Positions 9,081 to 19,399 of a stretch of 64,000 bases of DNA are shown in pieces. Source of the DNA: Deltaproteobacteria bacterium. GTDB lineage: Bacteria > Desulfobacterota > Syntrophorhabdia > Syntrophorhabdales > JANXAF01. Made by a program: the position numbers and the translations under genes. Position 1 is the first letter of the stretch; each line of letters begins with the position of its first letter. Under the pieces are notes generated by a model, which was not told the DNA's origin, did no database searches, and saw only the letters and a list, made by a program, of their open reading frames with translations. The DNA is taken from the NCBI GenBank assembly GCA_026417175.1, contig JAOADT010000008.1:6547-70546 (forward strand). Reading direction: 5' to 3'.

Positions 9081-10613
9081 CTAAAATTTGAAACTCCCCA
9101 AGTATTCTTTTAATCCTATCACCAAGTTGTTAAGTCCTGCCACTAATTTTACATGATGTTCTATACCTTCGGATGTCCTCATAATGGACTGTTTTATTTC
9201 TTCTACATTACGGTTTATTTCTTCTGCTGCGAGTGACTGCTGAGAAGAGGCTGTAGCTATCTGAGTTACAAGCCCCATAACATGTTCTGATCCTTTTACT
9301 ATTTCATTAAGGATGTTTTGAACCTCTTTAGTTTTCGAAGCACTAATTTCTACCTCTTTTTTTATTCTTTCCATTGAACCAACCGTGTTTACTATTCCAT
9401 CTTTTATGGACATCACTGTCTTTCCTATGTCTTTTGCAGCAAGGACCGTTTTTTCTGCCAACTTCCTTACTTCGTCAGCAACAACGGCAAACCCTCTGCC
9501 GGCTTCGCCAGCACGTGCCGCCTCAATTGCTGCATTAAGTGCAAGCAAGTTCGTTTGATCCGCTATATCTTCTATCACCTTTATGATTTCATCTATAAGG
9601 TCAGAAAGTTTTCCTAATTCATTTACGGTATTTGAGGAATTCTGAACAGTTTCTTTAAGTCTTCCCATAATTTCTACGCTTTCCCTGGTCATTTCCTCCC
9701 CATTTTTCGCTATCTTCGATGATCTGATCGACTCTTCTTTCGCAAATTCAGCACCTTTTGCAACTTCGAGTACGCTTGCGGTCATTTCTTCAACGGCTGC
9801 TGCCACATTGACCGTCTTTTCACTCTGTGTCTTCATTATGTTTTTCATTTCTTCTGCTTTGGCGTACAAATCTGACGAAGTTTTGGAAACCCCCTCAGTC
9901 AACTCGTCCACTTTGAGGACAATTTCTTGAATATGGTCCACGAACTTGTTAAATTTTTTACTCAAGGTTTCGAATTCGTCGCCTGTTTCTATTTTTTGCA
10001 ATCTTTTTGTTAAATCCCTTTCTCCTTCCGCTATATCCGTCAGGGCAAGGGTTATCCTTTTTAAAGGATATATAACATTCCTTGATACCAATGCATAAGA
10101 GGCCGGTATTATTAACGCTATCAACAATAAACTAAGTACAACATTCATGTAAACGAAGGCTTTAGCTTTCTGGTAAACTTTATCCTTTTTGACACCCACA
10201 CACACAAATCCTGGATTGTTATTCTCACTTATCGGAAGTTTGATTTCAAGATAATCACTTGACGCCACATGAGCGGATCCTAGCTTAGTTTTATCTGGGT
10301 TGTAAAAAGTTTTTCCGTGCTCATCGGTAACGACAATGTAAGAAATATCACTTTCGTATCCCTTCATCATTTTGTCACATTCCTTTTCAATCATGTTAGC
10401 AACAACAGCGCTTTCCCCTATCTTTCCACCTAATGTGTTAACTTCATTGATGGTCTTTATTATAGGGTCTGCATACATTTTCATTCTTTTTTCTAAATCT
10501 TCCCGAGCAAGTTTTGCATAGTTGTAGAAACCAAAAATAGTACATACCAGGGCTGTAATTAATATACTCGCAAATATGATACCAATAAGACGTGATCTTA
10601 CGTTCCACTTCAT
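9081..10613 (-). CDS. Methyl-accepting chemotaxis protein
   Basis: Two TM helices, HAMP domain and [38 protein letters not shown] signalling motif. Confidence 0.96.
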   Translation of the reverse strand: MKWNVRSRLIGIIFASILITALVCTIFGFYNYAKLAREDLEKRMKMYADPIIKTINEVNTLGGKIGESAVVANMIEKECDKMMKGYESDISYIVVTDEHGKTFYNPDKTKLGSAHVASSDYLEIKLPISENNNPGFVCVGVKKDKVYQKAKAFVYMNVVLSLLLIALIIPASYALVSRNVIYPLKRITLALTDIAEGERDLTKRLQKIETGDEFETLSKKFNKFVDHIQEIVLKVDELTEGVSKTSSDLYAKAEEMKNIMKTQSEKTVNVAAAVEEMTASVLEVAKGAEFAKEESIRSSKIAKNGEEMTRESVEIMGRLKETVQNSSNTVNELGKLSDLIDEIIKVIEDIADQTNLLALNAAIEAARAGEAGRGFAVVADEVRKLAEKTVLAAKDIGKTVMSIKDGIVNTVGSMERIKKEVEISASKTKEVQNILNEIVKGSEHVMGLVTQIATASSQQSLAAEEINRNVEEIKQSIMRTSEGIEHHVKLVAGLNNLVIGLKEYLGSFKF

Positions 10614-10640
10614 TTCAACCCCTATTATCCACCTATATGT

Positions 10641-10667
10641 ATATCGGACAATCTTGAAAAAACTTAA
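10641..10667 (-). promoter_or_regulatory. sigma28 (FliA)-type promoter for the MCP gene
   Basis: TTAAGTTT-N11-TCCGATAT versus consensus TAAAGTTT-N11-GCCGATAA, 27 nt upstream of the MCP ATG. Confidence 0.75.
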
Positions 10668-10678
10668 GACAAATGCTC

Positions 10679-11239
10679 TTAATGGATAGAAAGTCCTAAA
10701 ATGACATCTTTTTTGATATCATCAGGGCAAAGTATTTCCATTATTTTCAACGCAAAATCTATTGCGTATCCCGCACTCTTTCCCGTCACCAAATTGGAAT
10801 CTACAACAATAGCCTGAGGTTCGTAAATTCCATGCTTCAGAAGGTGCGAAAACGCGGGATGGCAGGTTACTTTCTTTTCTTTTGTCATTCCATGATAATC
10901 CAGAACAACTGCAGGAGCAGCGCATATAGCACCAATGAGCGCTCCCCGTTTTGCATTTACTTGGAGTATATCGATAAAAGCTTTGCAATCCCTTATGTTT
11001 TCTGATCCAGGCATACCTCCAGGTATAATTATAGCATCGTAATGGAGATCTGTTGTAACCTCCTCAATAGGCATATCAGCAATAATCCTTACCCCTTTTG
11101 AACACGTAAGTATTTTACCTCCTATTCCAACAATCTCTACTCGCGCTTTTGCTCTTCGCAATATGTCAACTATTGCTATCGCCTCAAGCTCCTCCGAACC
11201 TTCTGCCAAAGGGACAAGAACCCTTTTTTCAGAGTTCAA
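10679..11239 (-). CDS. DJ-1/PfpI (YajL/ThiJ-like) protein
   Basis: [15 protein letters not shown] and GAICAAP catalytic Cys motifs. Confidence 0.9.
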   Translation of the reverse strand: MNSEKRVLVPLAEGSEELEAIAIVDILRRAKARVEIVGIGGKILTCSKGVRIIADMPIEEVTTDLHYDAIIIPGGMPGSENIRDCKAFIDILQVNAKRGALIGAICAAPAVVLDYHGMTKEKKVTCHPAFSHLLKHGIYEPQAIVVDSNLVTGKSAGYAIDFALKIMEILCPDDIKKDVILGLSIH

Positions 11240-11242
11240 TGT

Positions 11243-12799
11243 TTAACCCTCCTTTCTATTGTATCCGAATCTCTCTTCAAAAACTGGTGCAATGAGATTG
11301 TCTACAGGAGCATAGTCATCGCTTATGGTTATTACCCTTCTTCCAGTCATCATCTTTTCTACCAGCTCCTCAGGAACTACAACAGTAGTTGCTCTTCCCT
11401 TAAGTCTATGAGAGGTTACATACTTATCAAACTGTTTCATATTTATATTGGTTTTTGTCGCAATTACTATGAAAGTGCTTATCCTTAAACTCTCAAAGTT
11501 CGGCGAAACGGAAAGCAGAAAAACCCTATCCTGTCCAAAGACTTCTTTCAGGGTCTTTATATATGAAGGTAAGAATTCGCCCTTTTGAAAGTTGTCTATG
11601 ATATTTGACAGAAGTATCCCTTTTTCGGTCATTATGTTCTTAATCTGACTTAAAAATTCACGTGTAGTCAAATGATAAGGAACAGTAAGGTCATTGTATG
11701 CATCTAAGAAAACGAGATCGTATTTTTCCGTACAGTTCATCACATACCATCTTCCATCGGTGTTATAGGTTCTGATCCTGGTCTCTCTAGGCAGTCCAAG
11801 ATGCTCATACGCCACTTTTGTTACCTCGGGATCTATTTCTACTACATCGATATGTGCATTCGGATAATACACTTCCATGTATCTAGGAAATGTGTACCCA
11901 CCTCCCCCGATGGTCAATGTTTTGAATTCATCATTCTGCTTATACCTCCATTTCAACACATCCGCATATATTCTTTCATATTCGTATTCAATGTGAGCCG
12001 GGTTTTTCTTACAAACATAGGAATGGATAAGATTGTCTAGAACTAGGGCTTCAAGGTCTGTTTTCCCATCTGAGCTCTTTGCTCTACAAAGCTTTATAGT
12101 GTAATAGTCGCTTTCCCTATATAAGTAAGCGTTTTCAGGAAGCTTCACTTTATAAAGAAAATCATAAGAAAGAAATACACTTCCACCCAATATTCCTAAA
12201 AGCAATAATGAGTGAACTTTTCTCCCAAACAGTGAACCTGAAAACAAAGCTGCCAAAATTAAGATAACAGCGATGGTGAATACTATGTTTCTGGTTCCCA
12301 TCCATGATATTAGAAAAAAACCTGTAATATAGGTACCTATTATTGCCCCAAGTGTGGAGAACGCATATATTTTTCCAACAACCCCACCCGCACACTCTAA
12401 GTTTTTCAGTGCTAGTTTCACCACAACTGGAGATATGGTCCCTAGTATGCAACTAGGTAAAAAGAAAATTATTGAGGTGACAACAAATATTCTCATCATG
12501 AGGGACAAAGGGAACTTATAAGTGGCAACAAGATTAGTAAGGGGCACTATTGTTAGTGCGGTTAAACCTGAAAGGAGCAAAAGAATAGCCAGTGTCCTAC
12601 GGGAAGGGTATCTGTCTGCTATCTTTCCTCCGATATAGGCTCCAATACTTATTCCTGCCAAGATAATACCTATAATGCTCGTCCAGGTATAAATGGATAC
12701 CCCAACAAAAGGAGCCAGTATTCGACCGGCCACAATTTCTATCACTAAAGTGCAGAAGCTCGCAATGAACGTTATGATGTATGCTTCTAATAGAGTCAT
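11243..12799 (-). CDS. Fused membrane domain/spermidine synthase-like SAM-dependent protein
   Basis: About 7 N-terminal TM helices (EIVAGRILAPFVG) followed by IGGGGY, VVEIDP, FLDAY and SDDYAPV. Confidence 0.85.
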   Translation of the reverse strand: MTLLEAYIITFIASFCTLVIEIVAGRILAPFVGVSIYTWTSIIGIILAGISIGAYIGGKIADRYPSRRTLAILLLLSGLTALTIVPLTNLVATYKFPLSLMMRIFVVTSIIFFLPSCILGTISPVVVKLALKNLECAGGVVGKIYAFSTLGAIIGTYITGFFLISWMGTRNIVFTIAVILILAALFSGSLFGRKVHSLLLLGILGGSVFLSYDFLYKVKLPENAYLYRESDYYTIKLCRAKSSDGKTDLEALVLDNLIHSYVCKKNPAHIEYEYERIYADVLKWRYKQNDEFKTLTIGGGGYTFPRYMEVYYPNAHIDVVEIDPEVTKVAYEHLGLPRETRIRTYNTDGRWYVMNCTEKYDLVFLDAYNDLTVPYHLTTREFLSQIKNIMTEKGILLSNIIDNFQKGEFLPSYIKTLKEVFGQDRVFLLSVSPNFESLRISTFIVIATKTNINMKQFDKYVTSHRLKGRATTVVVPEELVEKMMTGRRVITISDDYAPVDNLIAPVFEERFGYNRKEG

Positions 12800-12880
12800 T
12801 TCTTTTGCACCTCGTCTGTGATAATTTTAAGGTAAATAATTCATCGTATGATATTTTGTCAAAACTTTTTTCGTTGAAGA

Positions 12881-14677
12881 ATGGATTTTTTACCACTTAC
12901 TAGAGGAGAAGTCAAAAAGAGAAACTGGGACAAGGTCGACGTAATACTTGTTTCTGGTGATGCATACGTAGACCATCCTTCGTTTGGTATATCAATCATC
13001 GGGAGGGTATTAGAAAATTTAGGTCTAAGAGTTGCCATAATCTCCCAACCTGACTGGCGAGACACGAAAGACTTCACAAGATTTGGAAGGCCAAAACTTT
13101 TTTTTGGAATAAGTTCAGGAAATGTAGATTCGATGGTTGCGAATTACACCCATAACAAAAAAAAGAGAAGAAATGATGATTATTCCCCCGGGGGAAAGCC
13201 CGGCTTGAGGCCTGACAGAGCCCTAATTGTTTATGCGAACAGGGTGAAGGAGACTTATCCAGATGTCCCGATTGTCATAGGCGGACTAGAAGCAAGTTTG
13301 CGACGCTTTGCCCACTATGATTTCTGGGACAACAATGTGAGAAGGTCAATCATTTTTGACTCCAGAGCAGACATCCTCGTTTACGGAATGGGAGAAAAAC
13401 AGGTGATGGAAATTGCAGAAAGAATAAAAAATGGTAAACCCCTTTTCGGGATTCGAGGAACGGCCGTAGTGATGAGAAGGGATTTTTTTGAATCGCATAA
13501 AAAGTTCGATAAATATCTGGAAAGAGCGCTAGAATTACCTTCTTTTGAGGAAGTAAAAACTAACAAAAAAAAGTTCCTTGAGGCCTTTAAGCTTATTTAT
13601 CAGAATCAAAATCCATTCACCGGTCGAACGCTTGTTCAACCTCACGGAAATAGGTTGCTTGTAGTTTATCCGCCTCAACCGCCTTTCACCACAGACGAAA
13701 TAGATTGGATATACAGCCTTCCCTACGTGAGAAGACCCCATCCCGCTTATGACGATTTCGGAGGGGTGCCCGCATACGAGACGGTTAAATTTTCAATAGC
13801 ATCACACAGGGGATGCCCAGGTGAATGTAGTTTCTGTTCACTTTTTGTACACCAAGGGAGAATAATACAGTCAAGAAGTTCTCGCTCCATAATAGAGGAG
13901 GCAAAAAAGATAACAGCCCTTAAGGATTTTAGCGGAACTATAACAGATGTTGGCGGGCCAACAGCTAATCTTTACTCAGCAACATGTGATCTATGGAAAA
14001 CTAATGGAGGATGTGTTCACAGAAGCTGTATGGTTCCAAAAAAATGCAAGAACTTAAAGATCAATTTTGGTAAGCACATAAAATTACTAAAAGAAATGGC
14101 CTCTATACCGAAGGTCAAACATGTATTTATAGAAAGTGGTTTTAGATACGATCTTTTAATAGATGAATCCGGAACTTCATATCTCCGCTACTTAATGAAA
14201 AATCATATCAGTGGACAGATGAAGGTAGCTCCAGAGCATTTATCAAAAAAGGTTCTTAAGTTAATGAATAAACCACCATTCGAATTGTATGAAAAATTCG
14301 TAGAGGTTTTTACCGCACTAAAAAAAAGATTGGAAAAGGATCTTTACTTAGTTAACTATTTCATTTCGTCGCATCCTGGAGCTACTTTGGAAGACGAGAT
14401 TGAACTCTTTTCATACCTTATTTCAAGACGTCTGCGTCCCGAACAAATCCAAGATTTTTTACCATTGCCCATGACTGTATCCGAGTGTATGTATTATACC
14501 GGTATTCATCCCCTCACAGATGAGGAAGTCTACGTTCCATTCAGTTTCAGAGAAAGAAAAATGAGAAGGGCGCTTCTCCAATATTACAAGGACCAAAATA
14601 GAAACCTTGTTATCGAAGCCTTAAAAAAAACAAAAAGATACGATCTCTTATATGTTTTTAAGAAACACTGTTATTAA
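12881..14677 (+). CDS. YgiQ family radical SAM protein
   Basis: GDAYVDHPSFG, NVDSMVANYT, RGCPGECSFC and DVGGPTAN motifs. Confidence 0.92.
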   Translation: MDFLPLTRGEVKKRNWDKVDVILVSGDAYVDHPSFGISIIGRVLENLGLRVAIISQPDWRDTKDFTRFGRPKLFFGISSGNVDSMVANYTHNKKKRRNDDYSPGGKPGLRPDRALIVYANRVKETYPDVPIVIGGLEASLRRFAHYDFWDNNVRRSIIFDSRADILVYGMGEKQVMEIAERIKNGKPLFGIRGTAVVMRRDFFESHKKFDKYLERALELPSFEEVKTNKKKFLEAFKLIYQNQNPFTGRTLVQPHGNRLLVVYPPQPPFTTDEIDWIYSLPYVRRPHPAYDDFGGVPAYETVKFSIASHRGCPGECSFCSLFVHQGRIIQSRSSRSIIEEAKKITALKDFSGTITDVGGPTANLYSATCDLWKTNGGCVHRSCMVPKKCKNLKINFGKHIKLLKEMASIPKVKHVFIESGFRYDLLIDESGTSYLRYLMKNHISGQMKVAPEHLSKKVLKLMNKPPFELYEKFVEVFTALKKRLEKDLYLVNYFISSHPGATLEDEIELFSYLISRRLRPEQIQDFLPLPMTVSECMYYTGIHPLTDEEVYVPFSFRERKMRRALLQYYKDQNRNLVIEALKKTKRYDLLYVFKKHCY

Positions 14678-16314
14678 CATAAAGTCTGGCCACTGCAGGA
14701 CATCACCTGATATTGCCTACTCCTATTTCTGAAAACAGATATTCCCTTAAGACCAAGTCTGTAAGCCTGAACAAAAATCTCCTCTATCTCATGAACTTTC
14801 GTAGCTTCCGGAAGGTTTATCGTTTTACTTACGCCATTGTCGATATGTCTCTGAAATGCAGCCTGGATTCTTAAGTGCCACGCTGGGGATATAGAATATG
14901 TCGTTCTGAAGAGTCTTTTTATCGTTTCTTCCGATTCGCCTCTATCCAGAAACTCCTTAAAGAGAGGATCCTCTATCTCTATTTTTATGTCACCCAGAAT
15001 GATTCTAGTGTAATTCACATCATAGATAGGCTCTATTCCGCTAGATGTTCCAGCTATGAGACTCAAAGTCCCCGTTGGGGCTATTGTGGTAGTCGTCGCA
15101 TTTCTCTGTGGAAGTCCCGTTTTTTGCCATACGCTCCCCTCGTAAGATGGAAAGGTCCCTCTTCGTTCAGCAAGTACTTTCGAAGCTATCTTGGATTCTT
15201 TCTGAATGAAACCCATCAGTTCCTCAGCTATACGTTCTGCCTCTATAGTATCATATGGGATTCCCATTTTTATGAGCATATGGGCAAAACCCATTACGCC
15301 TAGCCCTACTTTCCTTGTAAGTTTACTCATTCTTTCAATTTCGGGATGAGGATAGCGGTTCATATCTATCACGTTGTCCAAAAATCTTATAGCAAGATGG
15401 ACAATTTTTTTCAGTTTTTCCCAATCAACTTTGCCATCTTTCACTAATGAAGAGAGATTAATCGAGCCTAAACAACACGATTCGTAAGGTAGTAAGGGTT
15501 GTTCAGAACATGGGTTCGTAGCTTCAATCTTTCCTAAATGGGGCAAAGGATTACCTTTGTTTATAGTGTCTATGAAAATACACCCGGGCTCCCCACATAT
15601 ATGAGCCGACTCTGCAATAAGATTCATAAGTTTTCTTGCTTTAACTGTTCTTACTACCCTTTTGTCTCTTGGATTGATAAGCTCAAATTCTTCATCTTTA
15701 AAGTACGCTTCCATGAATCTGTCCGTTACGGCCACTGATATATTGAAGTTCGTTAACTCATTTGGATCCCTCTTTGCTGTGACAAATTCCTCTATATCCG
15801 GATGGTCTATACTAAGAATACCCATGTTCGCGCCCCTTCGTGTTCCTCCTTGTTTTATCACTTCCGTCGTAATGTTGAATACCTTCATAAACGACACTGG
15901 ACCACTTGCCACTCCCATGGTAGAGGAAACAATATCCCCTTTTGGCCTCAATCTTGAGAAAGAAAATCCGGTCCCTCCTCCACTTTGATGAATCTTTGCC
16001 GTCAGTTTAACTGCTTCAAAAATCGAATCAAGTGAATCCTCAACTGGTAGAACAAAACATGCTGCAAGCTGTCCTAAATCTTTTCCCGCATTCATAAGAC
16101 ATGGAGAATTCGGTAAAAATTCGAGGTCTTTCATAATTAAGAAAAATTGCTCAGCCATATATAAATGTTCGTTCTTAACGTAGTTCTTTTCAGCCTCGGC
16201 TATGTACGTTGCCACCCGCCAAAACATACCCTCCGGATCTTCAGCTAATCTTCCATCTTTTTCCCTTTTAAGGTATCTTCTCTCAAGAATCATACGTCCG
16301 TATCGGTCAATCAT
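14674..16314 (-). CDS. nrdJ: Adenosylcobalamin-dependent (class II) ribonucleotide reductase, compact
   Basis: FLPNSP, QLAACFVL, SGGGTG, RRGANM, ATNPCSEQPL, IAPTGT and VSKTIN motifs; no small-subunit gene nearby. Confidence 0.9.
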   Translation of the reverse strand: MIDRYGRMILERRYLKREKDGRLAEDPEGMFWRVATYIAEAEKNYVKNEHLYMAEQFFLIMKDLEFLPNSPCLMNAGKDLGQLAACFVLPVEDSLDSIFEAVKLTAKIHQSGGGTGFSFSRLRPKGDIVSSTMGVASGPVSFMKVFNITTEVIKQGGTRRGANMGILSIDHPDIEEFVTAKRDPNELTNFNISVAVTDRFMEAYFKDEEFELINPRDKRVVRTVKARKLMNLIAESAHICGEPGCIFIDTINKGNPLPHLGKIEATNPCSEQPLLPYESCCLGSINLSSLVKDGKVDWEKLKKIVHLAIRFLDNVIDMNRYPHPEIERMSKLTRKVGLGVMGFAHMLIKMGIPYDTIEAERIAEELMGFIQKESKIASKVLAERRGTFPSYEGSVWQKTGLPQRNATTTTIAPTGTLSLIAGTSSGIEPIYDVNYTRIILGDIKIEIEDPLFKEFLDRGESEETIKRLFRTTYSISPAWHLRIQAAFQRHIDNGVSKTINLPEATKVHEIEEIFVQAYRLGLKGISVFRNRSRQYQVMSCSGQTLC

Positions 16315-16381
16315 ACAAGCCCCCTTTTAAAAAACTCTGCGATTTCGCAATGTTTCAAATCATATCCTATAATTTTTCAAC

Positions 16382-16410
16382 AAGTTTTTCACAGAAAATG
16401 TGGAAAACTT
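16382..16410. promoter_or_regulatory. Inverted pair of DnaA-box matches upstream of nrdJ
   Basis: TTTTTCACA (16385-93) and TGTGGAAAA (16399-407) both fit TTWTNCACA and are 5 bp apart. Confidence 0.55.
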
Positions 16411-16420
16411 ACCAAGTTCT

Positions 16421-17065
16421 TTACTGGTTTTGATTTTTTGAAGCATACTTAACCTTTAGAAATTCAATTATCCCTGGCATAATAGAAATAACTATTATGG
16501 CTACTATCACAATAGAAAAGTTCGACCTCACAAAAGGAATATTCCCGAAGTAATATCCTGCAAATGTGCATATAAGTACCCAGGCTATCCCACCGATTAT
16601 ATTGTAAATAAGGAACTTTGAGTATGTCATTTTGCCTATTCCCGCTACAAAAGGCGCGAAGGTTCGTACAATCGGTACGAACCTCGCAATGATTATGGTC
16701 TTCCCGCCGTATTTTTCGTAAAACTCATGTGTCCGTTCCAAATGCTTCTTATTTAAAAATCTGACATTTTCCTTACTAAAAACCTTTGGTCCAACAATTG
16801 CTCCGGCCCAGTAATTTACCGTGTCTCCAAGAATCGCCGCAAAAGAAAGGAGAACTATTGTTGTGCTTATATCTATAGCCCCCAACGCGCAAAATGTACC
16901 TGCTGCAAAAAGTAAAGAGTCTCCTGGAAGAAAGGGGGTAACTACCAATCCTGTCTCGAGAAAAACTATCAGAAAAAGGATAAGATATGTCCACGCCCCG
17001 TATTCCGCGATGATCACGGAAAGATGCTTGTCTATATGCAGGATAAAATCGATTAATGTCCCCAT
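16421..17065 (-). CDS. DedA family membrane protein
   Basis: [17 protein letters not shown] and [16 protein letters not shown] motifs. Confidence 0.95.
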   Translation of the reverse strand: MGTLIDFILHIDKHLSVIIAEYGAWTYLILFLIVFLETGLVVTPFLPGDSLLFAAGTFCALGAIDISTTIVLLSFAAILGDTVNYWAGAIVGPKVFSKENVRFLNKKHLERTHEFYEKYGGKTIIIARFVPIVRTFAPFVAGIGKMTYSKFLIYNIIGGIAWVLICTFAGYYFGNIPFVRSNFSIVIVAIIVISIMPGIIEFLKVKYASKNQNQ

Positions 17066-17077
17066 AAGGTCCGATTT

Positions 17078-17106
17078 ATCGTATAATCAAAATTTCTCAC
17101 TGTCAA
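17078..17106 (-). promoter_or_regulatory. sigma70 promoter of dedA
   Basis: TTGACA-N17-TACGAT, 12 nt before the ATG; no SD. Confidence 0.6.
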
Positions 17107-17360
17107 TAAACCGCACCGTGTTTTAAAAGGCAAAAATCTTCATTCTATACTCGTATTCTTTTTATAAGCCTTTTCTTTTGTATGGATTAAAGTTTTCACT
17201 AATGCCTCACTGAATCCCATTTAGATTTTTGTAATTAACCTTTTTTCAGGAAAAAGTCATATCTTTCAGTAATTGTACAAAAAAAGAATGTTGCGGAATG
17301 GTTTTTAGTTTTAAGTTATGTTTGAAAAATCAGAATTTTTTGAGATATCATAGGATTATT

Positions 17361-17945
17361 ATGGTGAAAAATATCGTATTCATAGCAGTTTCCTATCTTT
17401 TGGGGTCCGTTCCATTTGGCGTTATACTCTCAAAATTTAAAGGGGTAGATCCTAGAAAAACAGGAAGCGGAAATATAGGAGCAACAAATGTTATGAGATC
17501 AGCAGGAAAAATATATGGGGTTCTTACGCTTCTGTGCGATACATTGAAAGGCTTTGTGCCTGTATATTTGGCCAAATATATGGAGCTGCCAGAGATATTT
17601 GTGATTAGTGCAGGCCTTGCATCGTTTATTGGTCACGTTTTTCCCTTTGTCTTGAAGTTTAAAGGAGGAAAAGGGGTTGCTACAGCCTTTGGTGTCTTTT
17701 TAGGTCTAAATTTTGTTGCTACATTGCTGTCCCTATTTATCTTCATTGTGATTGTGGGGATTTGGAGGTACGTATCTTTGGGTTCGATTATCACCTCTTT
17801 CTCTTTCCCTTTTATACTTTACTTAGTTGGAGAATCTAATAAAACGATAGTCATTTCCACCATAATCGTAGCTCTAATAATCTTAAGACACAAAAATAAC
17901 TTGCAGAGACTTATACAAGGTACCGAACACAGATTGCAATTTTAG
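17361..17945 (+). CDS. plsY: Glycerol-3-phosphate acyltransferase
   Basis: YLLGSVPFG, GSGNIGATN, FKGGKGVAT and RHKNNLQRL motifs; start set at ATG 17361. Confidence 0.95.
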   Translation: MVKNIVFIAVSYLLGSVPFGVILSKFKGVDPRKTGSGNIGATNVMRSAGKIYGVLTLLCDTLKGFVPVYLAKYMELPEIFVISAGLASFIGHVFPFVLKFKGGKGVATAFGVFLGLNFVATLLSLFIFIVIVGIWRYVSLGSIITSFSFPFILYLVGESNKTIVISTIIVALIILRHKNNLQRLIQGTEHRLQF

Positions 17946-19384
17946 TCTTTCCAGAATTCAGGGACAAGAAGTACGAGTACAGTATAGAGTTCTAAACGTC
18001 CTGTTAGCATCAAAAAAGACAAGACCCACTTTGAAAATGATGGCAAATGAGAATAGTTCTCACTGGGACCCACGTTTCCGATTCCTGGTCCCACATTTCC
18101 AAGTGTGGCACTTACCGCTCCGATCGCAGTATCTATGTTCACATCTTGGAAAGTTAAGATAAAAACACCCAATATGAAAAGCAAGAGATAGAGCAAAATA
18201 AAGGCAATTATTCCGGAAACGATTGATTCATCCACGACCTTTTTATCTATCCGAACTGGGAAAATAGCGTGAGGTCTGAAAAACTTTTTAATATGTGCAA
18301 TGAGAAACTTAAGCATGACACATATTCTCACGTTTTTTATGGCACCGCCCGTAGACCCAGAACATCCGCCTATAAACATTAACACGAGGAGAATCGCTTG
18401 AGCATTGAACGGCCAAACTTCGTAATCATCCGTTACAAAACCTGTGGTACTCACTATGGAGACCACCTGAAATAAAGAGTGTCTAAATAGGCTTTCATCA
18501 AGGCTCTTCCCATCTAAAACCCTTATTGTCATTATCGCGACAGTTGCCATACAGATAATAGCACAAAAAAATCTGAACTCGGTGCTTCTTAAATAAGATG
18601 CGGGCTTCCCAGAGAGTGCAAGAAAATGGAGATTGAAATTCGTAGACGCTATAAACATAAAAATGATTACCACATAATGTATATAAGGTGAGTTAAAGGC
18701 TCCGAGACTCTGATTATAGGGGGCGTATCCACCTGTAGCCATAGTTCCAAAAGCAATACACATGGCATCGAAAAGACTTAAACCTCCAAACATGATTAAT
18801 ACGATCTCAACTAAGGTAAAAAGGATGTATGTACCCCACAATAGTTTTGCAGTCTGACTTATCCTAGGAGATATCTTGTCCTTTGTGGGACCAGGGGCCT
18901 CGGCTTTAAATAGTTGAAATCCACCTACTCCAATCAATGGAAAAATGGCAACAGCTATGCCAATTACTCCCATTCCGCCAAGCCATTGTATAAGATCACG
19001 CCACAAAAGCACACTTTTTGGAAGAACCTCTATGTTCTTAAGAATGCTCGCTCCAGTAGTGGTGAAGCCAGATACGCTCTCAAAAAAAGCATCCGTAAGC
19101 GAAGGAATACACCCTGTAACTAAAAATGGGATGGTCCCAAAGAATGAGATACTTATCCAACCAAAACTCACAATTACTAATCCCTCTTTAACAGAAATCT
19201 CTTCCGACCTTCCACAGAAAAGAGAAAGTAAAAGACCAAGTAATGAAATTCCTATACCTGTAAAAATGAAAACAAAGTGCGTGTTTTCTTCGTAATAAAT
19301 TGAAAATGGGACGGGTAAAAACAAAAAAGAACTAAATACAATCCATATCTTTCCAAGAACAGAAAAAATCCTTAAAAATCTCAA
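17942..19384 (-). CDS. trkH: Trk potassium uptake permease
   Basis: FESVSGFTTTGAS, WLGGMG, GGCSGSTGG, NVGPG and GRLE motifs. Confidence 0.95.
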   Translation of the reverse strand: MRFLRIFSVLGKIWIVFSSFLFLPVPFSIYYEENTHFVFIFTGIGISLLGLLLSLFCGRSEEISVKEGLVIVSFGWISISFFGTIPFLVTGCIPSLTDAFFESVSGFTTTGASILKNIEVLPKSVLLWRDLIQWLGGMGVIGIAVAIFPLIGVGGFQLFKAEAPGPTKDKISPRISQTAKLLWGTYILFTLVEIVLIMFGGLSLFDAMCIAFGTMATGGYAPYNQSLGAFNSPYIHYVVIIFMFIASTNFNLHFLALSGKPASYLRSTEFRFFCAIICMATVAIMTIRVLDGKSLDESLFRHSLFQVVSIVSTTGFVTDDYEVWPFNAQAILLVLMFIGGCSGSTGGAIKNVRICVMLKFLIAHIKKFFRPHAIFPVRIDKKVVDESIVSGIIAFILLYLLLFILGVFILTFQDVNIDTAIGAVSATLGNVGPGIGNVGPSENYSHLPSFSKWVLSFLMLTGRLELYTVLVLLVPEFWKD

Positions 19385-19399
19385 TTTTTCTGTTAAACC

